NCBI GenBank assembly: GCA_965223265.1
Contig: OZ244999.1
Location: forward strand, 1,920,001-1,984,000
Origin: Planctomycetota bacterium
GTDB taxonomy: Bacteria; Planctomycetota; UBA8108; SXIK01
Length of the DNA stretch: 64,000 nt
Reading direction: 5' to 3'
This document shows, one piece after another, positions 18,643 through 27,501 of the stretch. The position numbers and the translations under genes were made by a program. Each line of letters starts with the position of its first letter. Within the stretch, counting starts at the first letter, position 1. Below the pieces are notes generated by a model that saw only the letters and a list, made by a program, of their open reading frames with translations, did not search any database and was not told the DNA's origin.

Positions 18643-19995
18643 ATGTCGAAGTCCTTGCACGGCTGCGCCGAAGCCACCGCGGGTGCGGAGCAAGTGAAAG
18701 ACGAAATGCTGGCTCGGTATCACGCGACACGCGTCGCCACGGAAGAGTTGTGTCGGGGGCTTGAAGTCGAAGACATGGTTTGTCAAACGATGGCCGATGT
18801 CAGCCCGACGAAATGGCACTTGGCGCACACGACGTGGTTCTTTGAGACGTTTATCCTCGTGCGGCTGGATTCCGGATACGAAGTCTACGACCGCCGCTAT
18901 CGCGATCTCTTCAATTCCTACTACAACAGCGTTGGCCAGCAGTTCGATCGACCGAAACGAGGCTACCTGTCGAGGCCTACGGTGCGAGAGATCATGGACT
19001 TTCGCGCCCACGTCGACGCGGCGATCGAGCGTCTGCTGGAAAACGGAAGCCAGGCCAGAGTGCCAGAGTTTCTCAAGCTGGTTGAGATCGGCATCCACCA
19101 CGAGCAACAGCATCAAGAGCTCATACTGACAGACCTAAAGCATGTATTCGCCTCCAATCCGCTCTTGCCGATCTTTCGATCTGAGTCACGCTCATCGATG
19201 TGTGAAGCGGAGCCGCTCGGGTGGCACGAGTATGAAGGAGGGGTTCGGGCGATCGGAGAAAGCGGCGATGGTTTCTCGTTCGACAATGAGCGACCACGCC
19301 ATGAGGTCCTTTTGCAGCCGTTTCGACTGGCCTCGCGGCTCGTTACCTGCGGCGAGTACTTGGAGTTCATCGAGGCTGGCGGCTATGACAGTCCCGAGTT
19401 TTGGCTTTCCGACGGCTGGGAGATCATCCGAGCACGGTCGTGGAGTGCGCCGCTCTACTGGCGAAGAATCGACGCGACATGGTATGAGTTTACATTGACG
19501 GGAATGCGCCCCGTCCGCGCAGCCGAGCCGGTGTGCCATGTGAGCTTTTACGAAGCCGACGCCTACGCTCGCTGGAAAGGTCTGCGACTACCCAGCGAGG
19601 AAGAGTGGGAAGTGGCCGCTGCCGATGTGGGAGTCGACGGTAATTTTGTCGACTCGGAGCGATTCCACCCGAGGCCGAGTGAATTCTCCGGCGCGGCGGA
19701 CGTCCGTCCGCGACAGATGTTCGGGGACGTCTGGGAATGGACTTCAAGTCCTTACCTCGCGTACCCTGGCTACGCGCGGCCGGTGGGAGCGTTGGGTGAG
19801 TACAACGCGAAATTCATGTCGAATCGTTTCGTCTTGCGGGGCGGCTCTTGTGCGACGCCGCGCAATCACATGCGTGCGACGTACCGAAACTTTTTCGCCC
19901 CGGACGCGAGGTGGCAATTCATGGGCATTCGCCTGGCCGACTCACTGTTGGTCGCGAACGGGAGAGCGTCCACATCTTCCGCGACGCACAACTGA
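18643..19995 (+). CDS. egtB: Ergothioneine biosynthesis sulfoxide synthase EgtB
   Basis: SPTKWHLAHTTWFFE, LFNSYY, HHEQQHQEL (Fe-binding His residues) and an FGE-like C-terminal domain (GDVWEWT, VLRGGS, YRNFF..ARWQF). ATG at 18643 has GGAG upstream. Confidence 0.92.
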   Translation: MSKSLHGCAEATAGAEQVKDEMLARYHATRVATEELCRGLEVEDMVCQTMADVSPTKWHLAHTTWFFETFILVRLDSGYEVYDRRYRDLFNSYYNSVGQQFDRPKRGYLSRPTVREIMDFRAHVDAAIERLLENGSQARVPEFLKLVEIGIHHEQQHQELILTDLKHVFASNPLLPIFRSESRSSMCEAEPLGWHEYEGGVRAIGESGDGFSFDNERPRHEVLLQPFRLASRLVTCGEYLEFIEAGGYDSPEFWLSDGWEIIRARSWSAPLYWRRIDATWYEFTLTGMRPVRAAEPVCHVSFYEADAYARWKGLRLPSEEEWEVAAADVGVDGNFVDSERFHPRPSEFSGAADVRPRQMFGDVWEWTSSPYLAYPGYARPVGALGEYNAKFMSNRFVLRGGSCATPRNHMRATYRNFFAPDARWQFMGIRLADSLLVANGRASTSSATHN

Positions 19996-20297
19996 GGTCT
20001 ACGGAGCAGCACTCACAGCCCCTACAGCTGAGTCTTTCGTAGGAAGGGCTCAGAAACCCTTGTCCTCAGGCTCGATCGGCGGTTGTGGGGCGTCGCGGCG
20101 GACTTCACGTCTGGTGACGTCTGCCGAAGTGACCTGTTCGATCAATTCGCATCATCGGCCGAATCGCCGCCCATGGTGACCCGCGTCCCCCATGCCCGCG
20201 CAATCGCGCACGGCGTTGAAGCGCTTCTCTTTGACGGTGGGAGCAGCTTCATCGGACTGTTAGGCTGGTTCGCTGGCGTACTCAGTTCGATGAACTG

Positions 20298-21911
20298 TCA
20301 AAACAGCGGCGCGCACAACTCGTAGATTTCACAGGTGACGGATCCATTCTGCGGTGGCTTCTTGCACTCACCTTGGCCATCGAGAGGATTCGTCGTCGTG
20401 AAGAGCGACTGTAGTTGAAAAATCGCATCGGAGATCTCGATCGCGTCGTCGGAGTTTGCGTCGCACGCCAACTCACAGGTTGGAGATCGTTGCAGGAGCG
20501 AGGCGTCGAACAGGAAAAGGAGAATTGTCACGGGGTCGGAGATGTCGAGGGCTCCATCGTGGTTGCAGTCGCCATGGCGGTAGCAGAGCTGGCCGCTCTC
20601 CAGGCGTGGAACAACGCGTAAAACTTCGCCGTTGCTACGGCCAATGTAGAGCTCTCCGGATTCGTCTTCGCCAAACGTGATGTCGCGTGCCGGTTGAAGC
20701 TGTGCGCCATCTGTATCCACGGCGATACGCTCCAGTTCGCCCGTCTTTACGTTCATGGCGAATAGCTCTGCCGCCAGCCAATCGAGGAAAATGTACTTTC
20801 CATAGAGCTGTGGCAGGCGCGTGCCGCGATAGACGTAGCCGCCGATCACTGATCCGTAGCCGTTGTCCGACCAGTTGTGGTCGTACTCGGCAAGCGGTGG
20901 CTCGAACGACGGATTCGGTGTCGGCGCGACGGTTGCGTCTCCCGTCTGCGGATTCCATAGAAAGCTTCCCTCCCTCAAGTCCCAACCGTAATTCGCGGCG
21001 CGCTTAACGCGCACGACCCACTCGATCGTGAAGTCGCCGTTGACCCCGGTGTAGACTTCCCCGGTGACGCGATCGGTCGTCACGCGCCACGGGTTCCGAA
21101 GCCCCCAGGCGAAGATCTCGCGGACGTTTCCGGTCGTGTCATGTGAGAACGGATTAGTCTCCGGGATTCCATACTTGCCGTTCTCCCCCAGCGTGTCGAC
21201 GTCGATCCGCAAGACCTTGCCGAAGGGGTTCGTCGTCAGCTGGGCGTTCGTGTTGTAGTGAGTCGGAGAGCCAGAGCGTGTATCGCCGCCATCGCCAAGG
21301 ACGAGGTACAGATAGCCATCGCCGCCAAAAGTGAGGTGGTTTAGCTTGTGCACGAAATGCGGATCGCGGATGCGGAGGAGTTCGCGGCGGCTATCGGCGT
21401 CGACGCGCTCTGGATTCTCAACGTCGATGTGATATTCGAGCAGCAGGTCGTCGAAGGCGCCGTCATCGAGTTCTTGGGGCGCCGAGAAGTCGGGCTCGAC
21501 GGCTTCAGAGATCGCCTCACCGCTGAGGACGTACAGCTTGCCGTTGGTGGAAAACGCGGGATGAAAGGCGAGTCCTGACATGGCACGGTCGGGTGGGTGC
21601 GCCGCCGTCTGCAGGAATGGCTCTGGCTGCACGATTCCGTCTTTCAGGATTCGGATCGTTCCTGAAGGTGAGACAAGAAACACTCGACCGCTGGCGTCGC
21701 CGGCGTTTTGGATGTCCGCCACGGACGATGGCAGCTGAGCGACGCTCTCGAGCCGGACGCGGAGACAGCCTACCTGCACGTCAGGCAGCAAGTCGTCTCC
21801 GGCGCCCTCGGCGGACGCCGCTGACGGCACGAGCAAGGGGGCGAGGAGCGCTACGATCGCAGCAACTCGAAGGTCACAGAGAGAGGGCCTCGCTGTTGAT
21901 CCTTCGAGCAT
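20298..21911 (-). CDS. PQQ-dependent glucose/sorbosone dehydrogenase family protein with a C-terminal dockerin-like domain
   Basis: Signal peptide, GLAFHPAF..NGKLY, FGGDGYLYLVLGDGG, GKVLRID, IFAWGLRNPWR, NYGW, GGYVYRG, FGEDESGELY. Tail YRHGDCNHDGALDISDP. Confidence 0.85.
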   Translation of the reverse strand: MLEGSTARPSLCDLRVAAIVALLAPLLVPSAASAEGAGDDLLPDVQVGCLRVRLESVAQLPSSVADIQNAGDASGRVFLVSPSGTIRILKDGIVQPEPFLQTAAHPPDRAMSGLAFHPAFSTNGKLYVLSGEAISEAVEPDFSAPQELDDGAFDDLLLEYHIDVENPERVDADSRRELLRIRDPHFVHKLNHLTFGGDGYLYLVLGDGGDTRSGSPTHYNTNAQLTTNPFGKVLRIDVDTLGENGKYGIPETNPFSHDTTGNVREIFAWGLRNPWRVTTDRVTGEVYTGVNGDFTIEWVVRVKRAANYGWDLREGSFLWNPQTGDATVAPTPNPSFEPPLAEYDHNWSDNGYGSVIGGYVYRGTRLPQLYGKYIFLDWLAAELFAMNVKTGELERIAVDTDGAQLQPARDITFGEDESGELYIGRSNGEVLRVVPRLESGQLCYRHGDCNHDGALDISDPVTILLFLFDASLLQRSPTCELACDANSDDAIEISDAIFQLQSLFTTTNPLDGQGECKKPPQNGSVTCEIYELCAPLF

Positions 21912-21940
21912 GGGTCACCTACATTTCAGCAGAAAATCGG

Positions 21941-22816
21941 TTACAGCGACTCGTAAGGAAGTTCGAAGGCGCGCTCCATGAGTTTGACGTCGCCCCTTTC
22001 GAGGCCCAGCTTAAACCAGCGCACCCGCTGCGCGGAGGTCCCATGTGTGAAGGAGTCCGGCTGGACGTAGCCGCGCGCCTGCTTTTGCAGGCGATCATCG
22101 CCGATCGCGCTGGCCGCATTCAGCGCTTCCTCCACGTCACCTCGTTCGATGATGCCACGTGCTTTGTGTGCGTGGTGGGCCCAAACACCGGCAAGAAAAT
22201 CGGCTTGAAGCTCCAATCGGACGGACATTTTGTTGTATTCCGTCTCGTTCAGTCGTTGACGCGCTTGGTGCACCTTGTCGGAGATGCCCAACAGGTTTTG
22301 GATATGGTGGCCAACTTCGTGCGCGATCACATACGCTTGCGCGAAGTCGCCCGGTGCGCCGTGGCGGCGTTTGAGGTCGTCGTAGAAGCTCAGATCGATG
22401 TACACCTTTTGATCCGCCGGGCAATAGAAGGGACCAATCGCAGACTGTGCGAATCCGCAACCCGACTGTGTCGCCCCGCTGAAGAGTACGAGCGTCGGCT
22501 CACGGTACCGCGTGCCCAAAAGTGAGTTCCACGTGTCCTCCGTGTCGGCGAGCACCACGCTGACGAATTCGCCCAGCTCTCTCTGCTCAGGCGAAAGTTC
22601 GACGTTCTCCGCGGGAGCGCCTCCAGCTCCGCCGCCCAGTCCTCCCGCGCCTCCGAGTAGCTGCTGAAGTAGCTGCTGGATGTCGCCTTTGCCCATGAGC
22701 ATGGCGATCACCGCCACGATGAGCATTCCCGCCCCGCCCGCGATCGCTGGACCGCGGACCCTCCGTCCCCGCCGATCTTCCACGTTGTCGCTGCGGCGAC
22801 CGGTCCTCCAGCGCAT
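21941..22816 (-). CDS. Neutral zinc metallopeptidase, YpfJ family
   Basis: RRSDNVEDRR, GPFYCPAD, YVIAHEVGHHIQ, ELQADFLAG, SFTHGTS. ATG at 22816 follows GGAGG. Confidence 0.9.
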   Translation of the reverse strand: MRWRTGRRSDNVEDRRGRRVRGPAIAGGAGMLIVAVIAMLMGKGDIQQLLQQLLGGAGGLGGGAGGAPAENVELSPEQRELGEFVSVVLADTEDTWNSLLGTRYREPTLVLFSGATQSGCGFAQSAIGPFYCPADQKVYIDLSFYDDLKRRHGAPGDFAQAYVIAHEVGHHIQNLLGISDKVHQARQRLNETEYNKMSVRLELQADFLAGVWAHHAHKARGIIERGDVEEALNAASAIGDDRLQKQARGYVQPDSFTHGTSAQRVRWFKLGLERGDVKLMERAFELPYESL

Positions 22817-23004
22817 GAATCCTCCACTCAAATACGGGCGACGATTTCGAAGTAGGGGGTCAATGAGTGGAGACTAAATTAACAGCCACGTCGAGCGAAA
22901 TCCACCTCGCGTTGGCGCCGCGAATCTGATCTATCTGATCCGGCGGACACGGTGTGCTCTGAACTTTCTTCAGCAGTGGTCTGCGCCGCCGAGCCACCGC
23001 ATCT

Positions 23005-23661
23005 CTACTCAATGCCGAAGAGCACCTGCGAGATGCGCCGCGCGATGAAGACATACGCATTCGTCCACGCATCTTCGCGCAGAAAGCGTGTCTCCATCTG
23101 CGGTGCACCTATGAACGGTCTAAGTACCCACGCCATCTGCACGGCCACGAACACATAGACGCAGAGCCACGCCGTTTTACCGACGCGGTGGCGACGATTG
23201 TTTCGAATCAAGGGTGCGTAGTGAATCGCTAGCGTCTTCTGCGCTGCGAGTGTTGCGATGAAGAATTGAAGGCCGTTGAAGAGCTGTACCGTGGCGTAGT
23301 CGCCGACGGAAAAATAGAAGAACACGGTGATCGGTGCCAAGGCCGCGAGAGTGATCGCCAGGGTTGAGCCTGAAACGAGAACGCCCCGAAGCGCAGCGGG
23401 GAAGTCGTTGCGTAAACCCAACGCCGTGTTGATGACGAAGAAGCTCGGTAAGCAGACGGTGCTCGCAACGCCGAGGAGAAGCGGTACCTTCAGCATTGAA
23501 TAGGTCGCCTGCAGTGGGCGCAGCCCATAGAAACCCATGACACACCCGTAGAAACCACTCCCAGCGATGGCTACCACGACAAGAGTCAGCCACGGCGTAG
23601 CTGTCGAGCTGATGGAGTAGCGTCGTTCCGAACGGAGGAGAGCGTCGATTTCGGCAATCAT
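23005..23661 (-). CDS. Conserved hypothetical multi-pass membrane protein
   Basis: About five hydrophobic segments, KVPLLL..CLPS, and C-terminal QMAWVLRPFIGAP..FLR. Paralogue of the adjacent gene. Confidence 0.75.
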   Translation of the reverse strand: MIAEIDALLRSERRYSISSTATPWLTLVVVAIAGSGFYGCVMGFYGLRPLQATYSMLKVPLLLGVASTVCLPSFFVINTALGLRNDFPAALRGVLVSGSTLAITLAALAPITVFFYFSVGDYATVQLFNGLQFFIATLAAQKTLAIHYAPLIRNNRRHRVGKTAWLCVYVFVAVQMAWVLRPFIGAPQMETRFLREDAWTNAYVFIARRISQVLFGIE

Positions 23662-23694
23662 GAGTTCGAACCCCCGGCGAGATCGGTCGTGTGG

Positions 23695-24507
23695 CTAGAA
23701 AAGTCGGCCAAGAGTGTCGAAGATAGCCTTGAAGAAGTGTGATTGCCGTTCCCGAAACCATTCGAAAGGAAGGTCGGGTGAACCGATGAATGGGCGAAGA
23801 ATCCAGCCCATCTGCGCGCCGACGCAGCCGTAAATCACTGTCCAACAGCAAAAGATCCATTTTGTTGCCGCCTGCGATTCTTCAGCGCCGGATGGAGGCG
23901 ATAGTTTCTTGTCAGGGGCAGCGGCTTCAGGAGTACCCGGGCTCGGCGATTCGGCATTTGCGGGTGCCTGCGCTGGACTCGACTCTGCCTTTTCGTTCGC
24001 GTCATCTGTCGTCACGACGACCTGTAGAGCCTTGTACATGAAGAGGAGTCCAGCCACGCCGCCGACAGTGAAAAATGCGACGTTTAGGACGATCATGAAT
24101 GGGTAGCTCTCTGTCGTGAACGTAAAGAACCCTGTGACTGGGCCGAAGCTCGCGACGAGCGCCAGGTTGACGACGATTCCTGCCAGCAGCAAGCGCAAAT
24201 TGCTCGTGAACCGAAGCCGCGAGCGAGCCAGGGCAGAAAAGACGTAAAGCGAAGGAAACGTGACCACCAGGGTCAGTAGAAAGAGCGCTGGTACCTTCAG
24301 GGTCGTGGCCAGGAGCTGGCGGCCTGACGCATTCTCTGGGCGAGCGACGCCATAGAGCCCCATGCAGACCCCGTAGAGTATTCCCAGGAGGACCGCGCAC
24401 AGCGTGAGCACACGGGCCGAGGTCTCGATGCGTCCGCGAAGTAGTGATTCACGGGAGACGACTTCGCCGCGCAGTAGGCTGTCGATGAGTGAGAAGAGTC
24501 GTAACAT
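23695..24507 (-). CDS. Conserved hypothetical multi-pass membrane protein
   Basis: KVPALF..TFPSLY and QMGWILRPFIGSP..WFR, with a Pro/Ala-rich loop. ATG at 24507 preferred (ORF open to 24537). Confidence 0.75.
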   Translation of the reverse strand: MLRLFSLIDSLLRGEVVSRESLLRGRIETSARVLTLCAVLLGILYGVCMGLYGVARPENASGRQLLATTLKVPALFLLTLVVTFPSLYVFSALARSRLRFTSNLRLLLAGIVVNLALVASFGPVTGFFTFTTESYPFMIVLNVAFFTVGGVAGLLFMYKALQVVVTTDDANEKAESSPAQAPANAESPSPGTPEAAAPDKKLSPPSGAEESQAATKWIFCCWTVIYGCVGAQMGWILRPFIGSPDLPFEWFRERQSHFFKAIFDTLGRLF

Positions 24508-24839
24508 AGCCACCCCATTACTTAAGTGTGAAGACAATCCCTGACGACGTCTCTCAGGTCACTGAGAGCCTAATCTGGGGTAGGTCGTGATGCAAGACAA
24601 TGCGGCTGCAGTCTTAGCAGCCCGCCTGAAAAAGTCATTCGGCCGAAGAAACTGGCCTCTTCACGCCCAAACGGGCCGCGTCAATACTCGCCATCAGAAT
24701 CGAAAGAAGAGGGCCAGAAGATTGCCTGCGTTTGCCGCGGCCGATCTGGACGCGAAGAGCCAGTTTTCGGCTCGAAGCACTTTTTCGGGCAGGCTGTGAG
24801 CCTCGCGTTCCCCGTCGACGGTTCGCCTTCGGTGCGGGT

Positions 24840-27227
24840 TCAGAATCTCCCAGAGAGCGAGCGCGGCTTGACCAGGAGTCGCTCCGCTTCGCTGATCAGA
24901 AAGTCAGCGTCGGTGAACGGCTCGAAGCTCACGTCCTGCCAAAGCACTTTTCCCTCAGCGTCGAGGAGAAAGGTGCCGTGAAGAGGTTGGTTCTCGAAGT
25001 CGTCGTAGGCGCGGTAGCGCTTGAAGATCTCCATGTCGGGATCTGCGACAAGGGGAAATGGGAAGGCGCCCTCGACCGTCTCCGCGAACGTCTTGAGCGA
25101 CTTCTGCAGCTCCTCCTTGCTGTCAGTGCTGACGGCGACGAGGTCGACTCCCGCCGCCTTGAAGTCGCCCGTCCGTGGCGCAAACGTCGTCAACTGCTCG
25201 ATACAGTGCAGGCAGCCGTAGCCAAGGTAGAAGATGACGATGACGGGCTTGCCCAGATAGTCGCTCAGGCTCACGAGCTCTCCGGAATCGCTGGGAAGCC
25301 TCCACGGCGGCGCCTCGGGCGGGGACCAGCGAAACGGTCCGAGGCTGGCTAGCTCCGGGCGCTCGCCAACATCCTCGGCGACGGGGCGTTCGACACGCCA
25401 GTCTTCAGGCAACCCGAGCCGCCGAGCGATCGGCTTCAAGCGAACAAAGGGCGGTGTGTCCAGATCGATCGCAGCAGAGAGTTCGCGCAGCTTCTCGAAT
25501 GCCGACGCCGCGGCATCGTGCTGCCCGTCGCGGTCTAGGAGGTCGGCATAGTTTGCTAGGGGGATGACCTCGCCTTCGCCCTCATCGACTGCGGACTTCG
25601 CCATCTCGATCGCTCGTGCCGGTCGTCCGGCGGCGAAATAGAGCTGAGCCAGTCGTGTGTCGTCGAGTCCTTTGACGTTCGCTAACTTGTCGATGGCAGC
25701 ATCGTTGGCGTCAAGAAGCAGATCGCGGTAAGCGCGTAGCTCGAGAAGCATGTTTTTGACGCCATTGATGTCGTCGCCAAAGGGTTTGACGGCCGCCAAG
25801 CGGGCTTTGTGGATTTCTTCGCGTGGCAGATTTTTCTCGCGTGCTTCCTCTACCGCTTTCTTACGCGCCCCCTTGCGTTCACCGCGCAGCTCTTTGACGT
25901 GCGTCTTCAGCGCCGCGATCTGTTGCTGCAGTTCGTCATGATTTCCTTTGGCGAAGTGAGCGGCGCCGAGCGCTCGCAGTCGGCGTCGTTGGCGCTGCTT
26001 GATGTTCGTCTCTTCTAAATACACGGTCTTCGACAGTGCGATCAACTCATCCCAAAGCTCGTAACGCTCGAGAAGTTCGAAGAGCCGCGCTCGGCCGTAG
26101 CTGGCGCTGCGGCCGCTCATCTCCAGCGTGTTGTATTTCGGGTGGCGCGGCAGTTCGATCATGTTCTTGGTGAGCGCGATGCCGTCGTGAACACGTCCGA
26201 TGTGGCTGAGATTACGAGTCAGCCATTCGTTGTTGTGAGCGAAATTTGTGATCTGGTCCGGGAGCACCCGATCGCGTTCCATCTGGCGGTGATCGACGCG
26301 AGCGGAAGCTTCTTGCTGCCATGCTGCGTCGGCATAGCGCTTCAGGCGCGAGAAAATGTGTCCCGACATGTGCCACTGGTGGGCGATGCTCGGTGACGAT
26401 TGCCCAGACCTGGCTGCCGACGGCAGAGCGCGTTCGGGTTTCTCGCGATCCCAAAGGTGGATCTTGTAGTGGTGGGCGGGATGCATCGGTTCAACTGCGA
26501 AGATCTGCGCCAGGAGAGCGTCGACCGCTTCGTGACTGGGGATGGGAAGGTCGCTCTTGAACTTCCAGATGTAGACGGCAAGGAACGCCTTCGCTTCAAT
26601 GTCGTCCGGGTACTCGTGGATGATTTCTTCGAGGCTGCGGAGGTAATTCTGCCGCCGTTTCTTGCGGTCGCCCGTGGACTCGTCGAGATACTCGGCGCGC
26701 CCTTCGATCCAGAGAGCTTCGCGTGGGTCGGCGGCGTCGATTCTGCGGACCGCCTCTTTGATGAAGCCACGCGCACGCTCGTCGTTGTTGTCGTTCGCCA
26801 TCGCCATGCCCCAGTACGCCATGGCGCAATCGGGGTCGAGAGCTGCGACCTGACGGAACGACCGTTCGGCCTCGAAGTACCAAAAGCCGTGGAGTTGTCC
26901 GACGCCTTGGGTGAAGAATGCTTGCGCCTCCGAATTCTCCGTGGAGACGGGGAAATCGACCTTGCCGGTGCCGCCCATGAGGAAGGCCTTTTGCCGCGGT
27001 CCTTCGTTGAACGCTTCACCGTGACCGGAATGCCCGGCGGGCAAGTCGCCTGTGCCCTTACGGTCAGTCTTCGCCTCCTGTGCCACCGCCGCGTACGTCC
27101 ATGTCATGAGGCACGCCGTGGTGATCCAAAGGCATGTAGAACAAGTGATTCGGAAGCCTACAGTGTGCGTTGACAACGTTCGACCTTTCAGGAGTGACTT
27201 GTACCTTCGAGCGCGCGGTGTTTTCAA
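24840..27227 (-). CDS. TPR-like helical repeat protein with a C-terminal AhpC/TSA redoxin domain
   Basis: AQAFFTQGV..LHGFWYFEAERSF..DPDCAMAYWG, His-rich HPAHHYKIH and HQWHMSGHI segments, and C-terminal FYLGYGCLHCIEQL..HGTFLLD. The true start is probably downstream of 27227. Confidence 0.8.
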   Translation of the reverse strand: MKTPRARRYKSLLKGRTLSTHTVGFRITCSTCLWITTACLMTWTYAAVAQEAKTDRKGTGDLPAGHSGHGEAFNEGPRQKAFLMGGTGKVDFPVSTENSEAQAFFTQGVGQLHGFWYFEAERSFRQVAALDPDCAMAYWGMAMANDNNDERARGFIKEAVRRIDAADPREALWIEGRAEYLDESTGDRKKRRQNYLRSLEEIIHEYPDDIEAKAFLAVYIWKFKSDLPIPSHEAVDALLAQIFAVEPMHPAHHYKIHLWDREKPERALPSAARSGQSSPSIAHQWHMSGHIFSRLKRYADAAWQQEASARVDHRQMERDRVLPDQITNFAHNNEWLTRNLSHIGRVHDGIALTKNMIELPRHPKYNTLEMSGRSASYGRARLFELLERYELWDELIALSKTVYLEETNIKQRQRRRLRALGAAHFAKGNHDELQQQIAALKTHVKELRGERKGARKKAVEEAREKNLPREEIHKARLAAVKPFGDDINGVKNMLLELRAYRDLLLDANDAAIDKLANVKGLDDTRLAQLYFAAGRPARAIEMAKSAVDEGEGEVIPLANYADLLDRDGQHDAAASAFEKLRELSAAIDLDTPPFVRLKPIARRLGLPEDWRVERPVAEDVGERPELASLGPFRWSPPEAPPWRLPSDSGELVSLSDYLGKPVIVIFYLGYGCLHCIEQLTTFAPRTGDFKAAGVDLVAVSTDSKEELQKSLKTFAETVEGAFPFPLVADPDMEIFKRYRAYDDFENQPLHGTFLLDAEGKVLWQDVSFEPFTDADFLISEAERLLVKPRSLSGRF

Positions 27228-27501
27228 CGAGCCACTACTGTTTTGCGGAGATCCGGCGTGGCACGCTGGTTTGTTTGCCCTTCAGTCGGGCTGTTCGTTG
27301 AACAGTTGAGCGTCAAACTGGCGTCCCGAGTCAGAAGTTGGTTCGAAGAAATCGAGTGGTCAAATCCGGTCTCGATCGAAGGCGGCGAAGAGTCTCAACA
27401 GAAGGAAACAAGGGGGACGTAGTCGCTGGAACGCTTTTGTTTGTGCCTTCGTTTCCTTGCGCTGAAGTGAGACTTCTTGCTCGAACTTTAGACTCAGCAC
27501 A

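Noticed and set aside
18643-19995. Selenoneine synthase SenA or ovothiol synthase OvoA
   Set aside because: No senB or selD-like neighbours and no C-terminal methyltransferase domain. The motifs and the egtD linkage fit EgtB.
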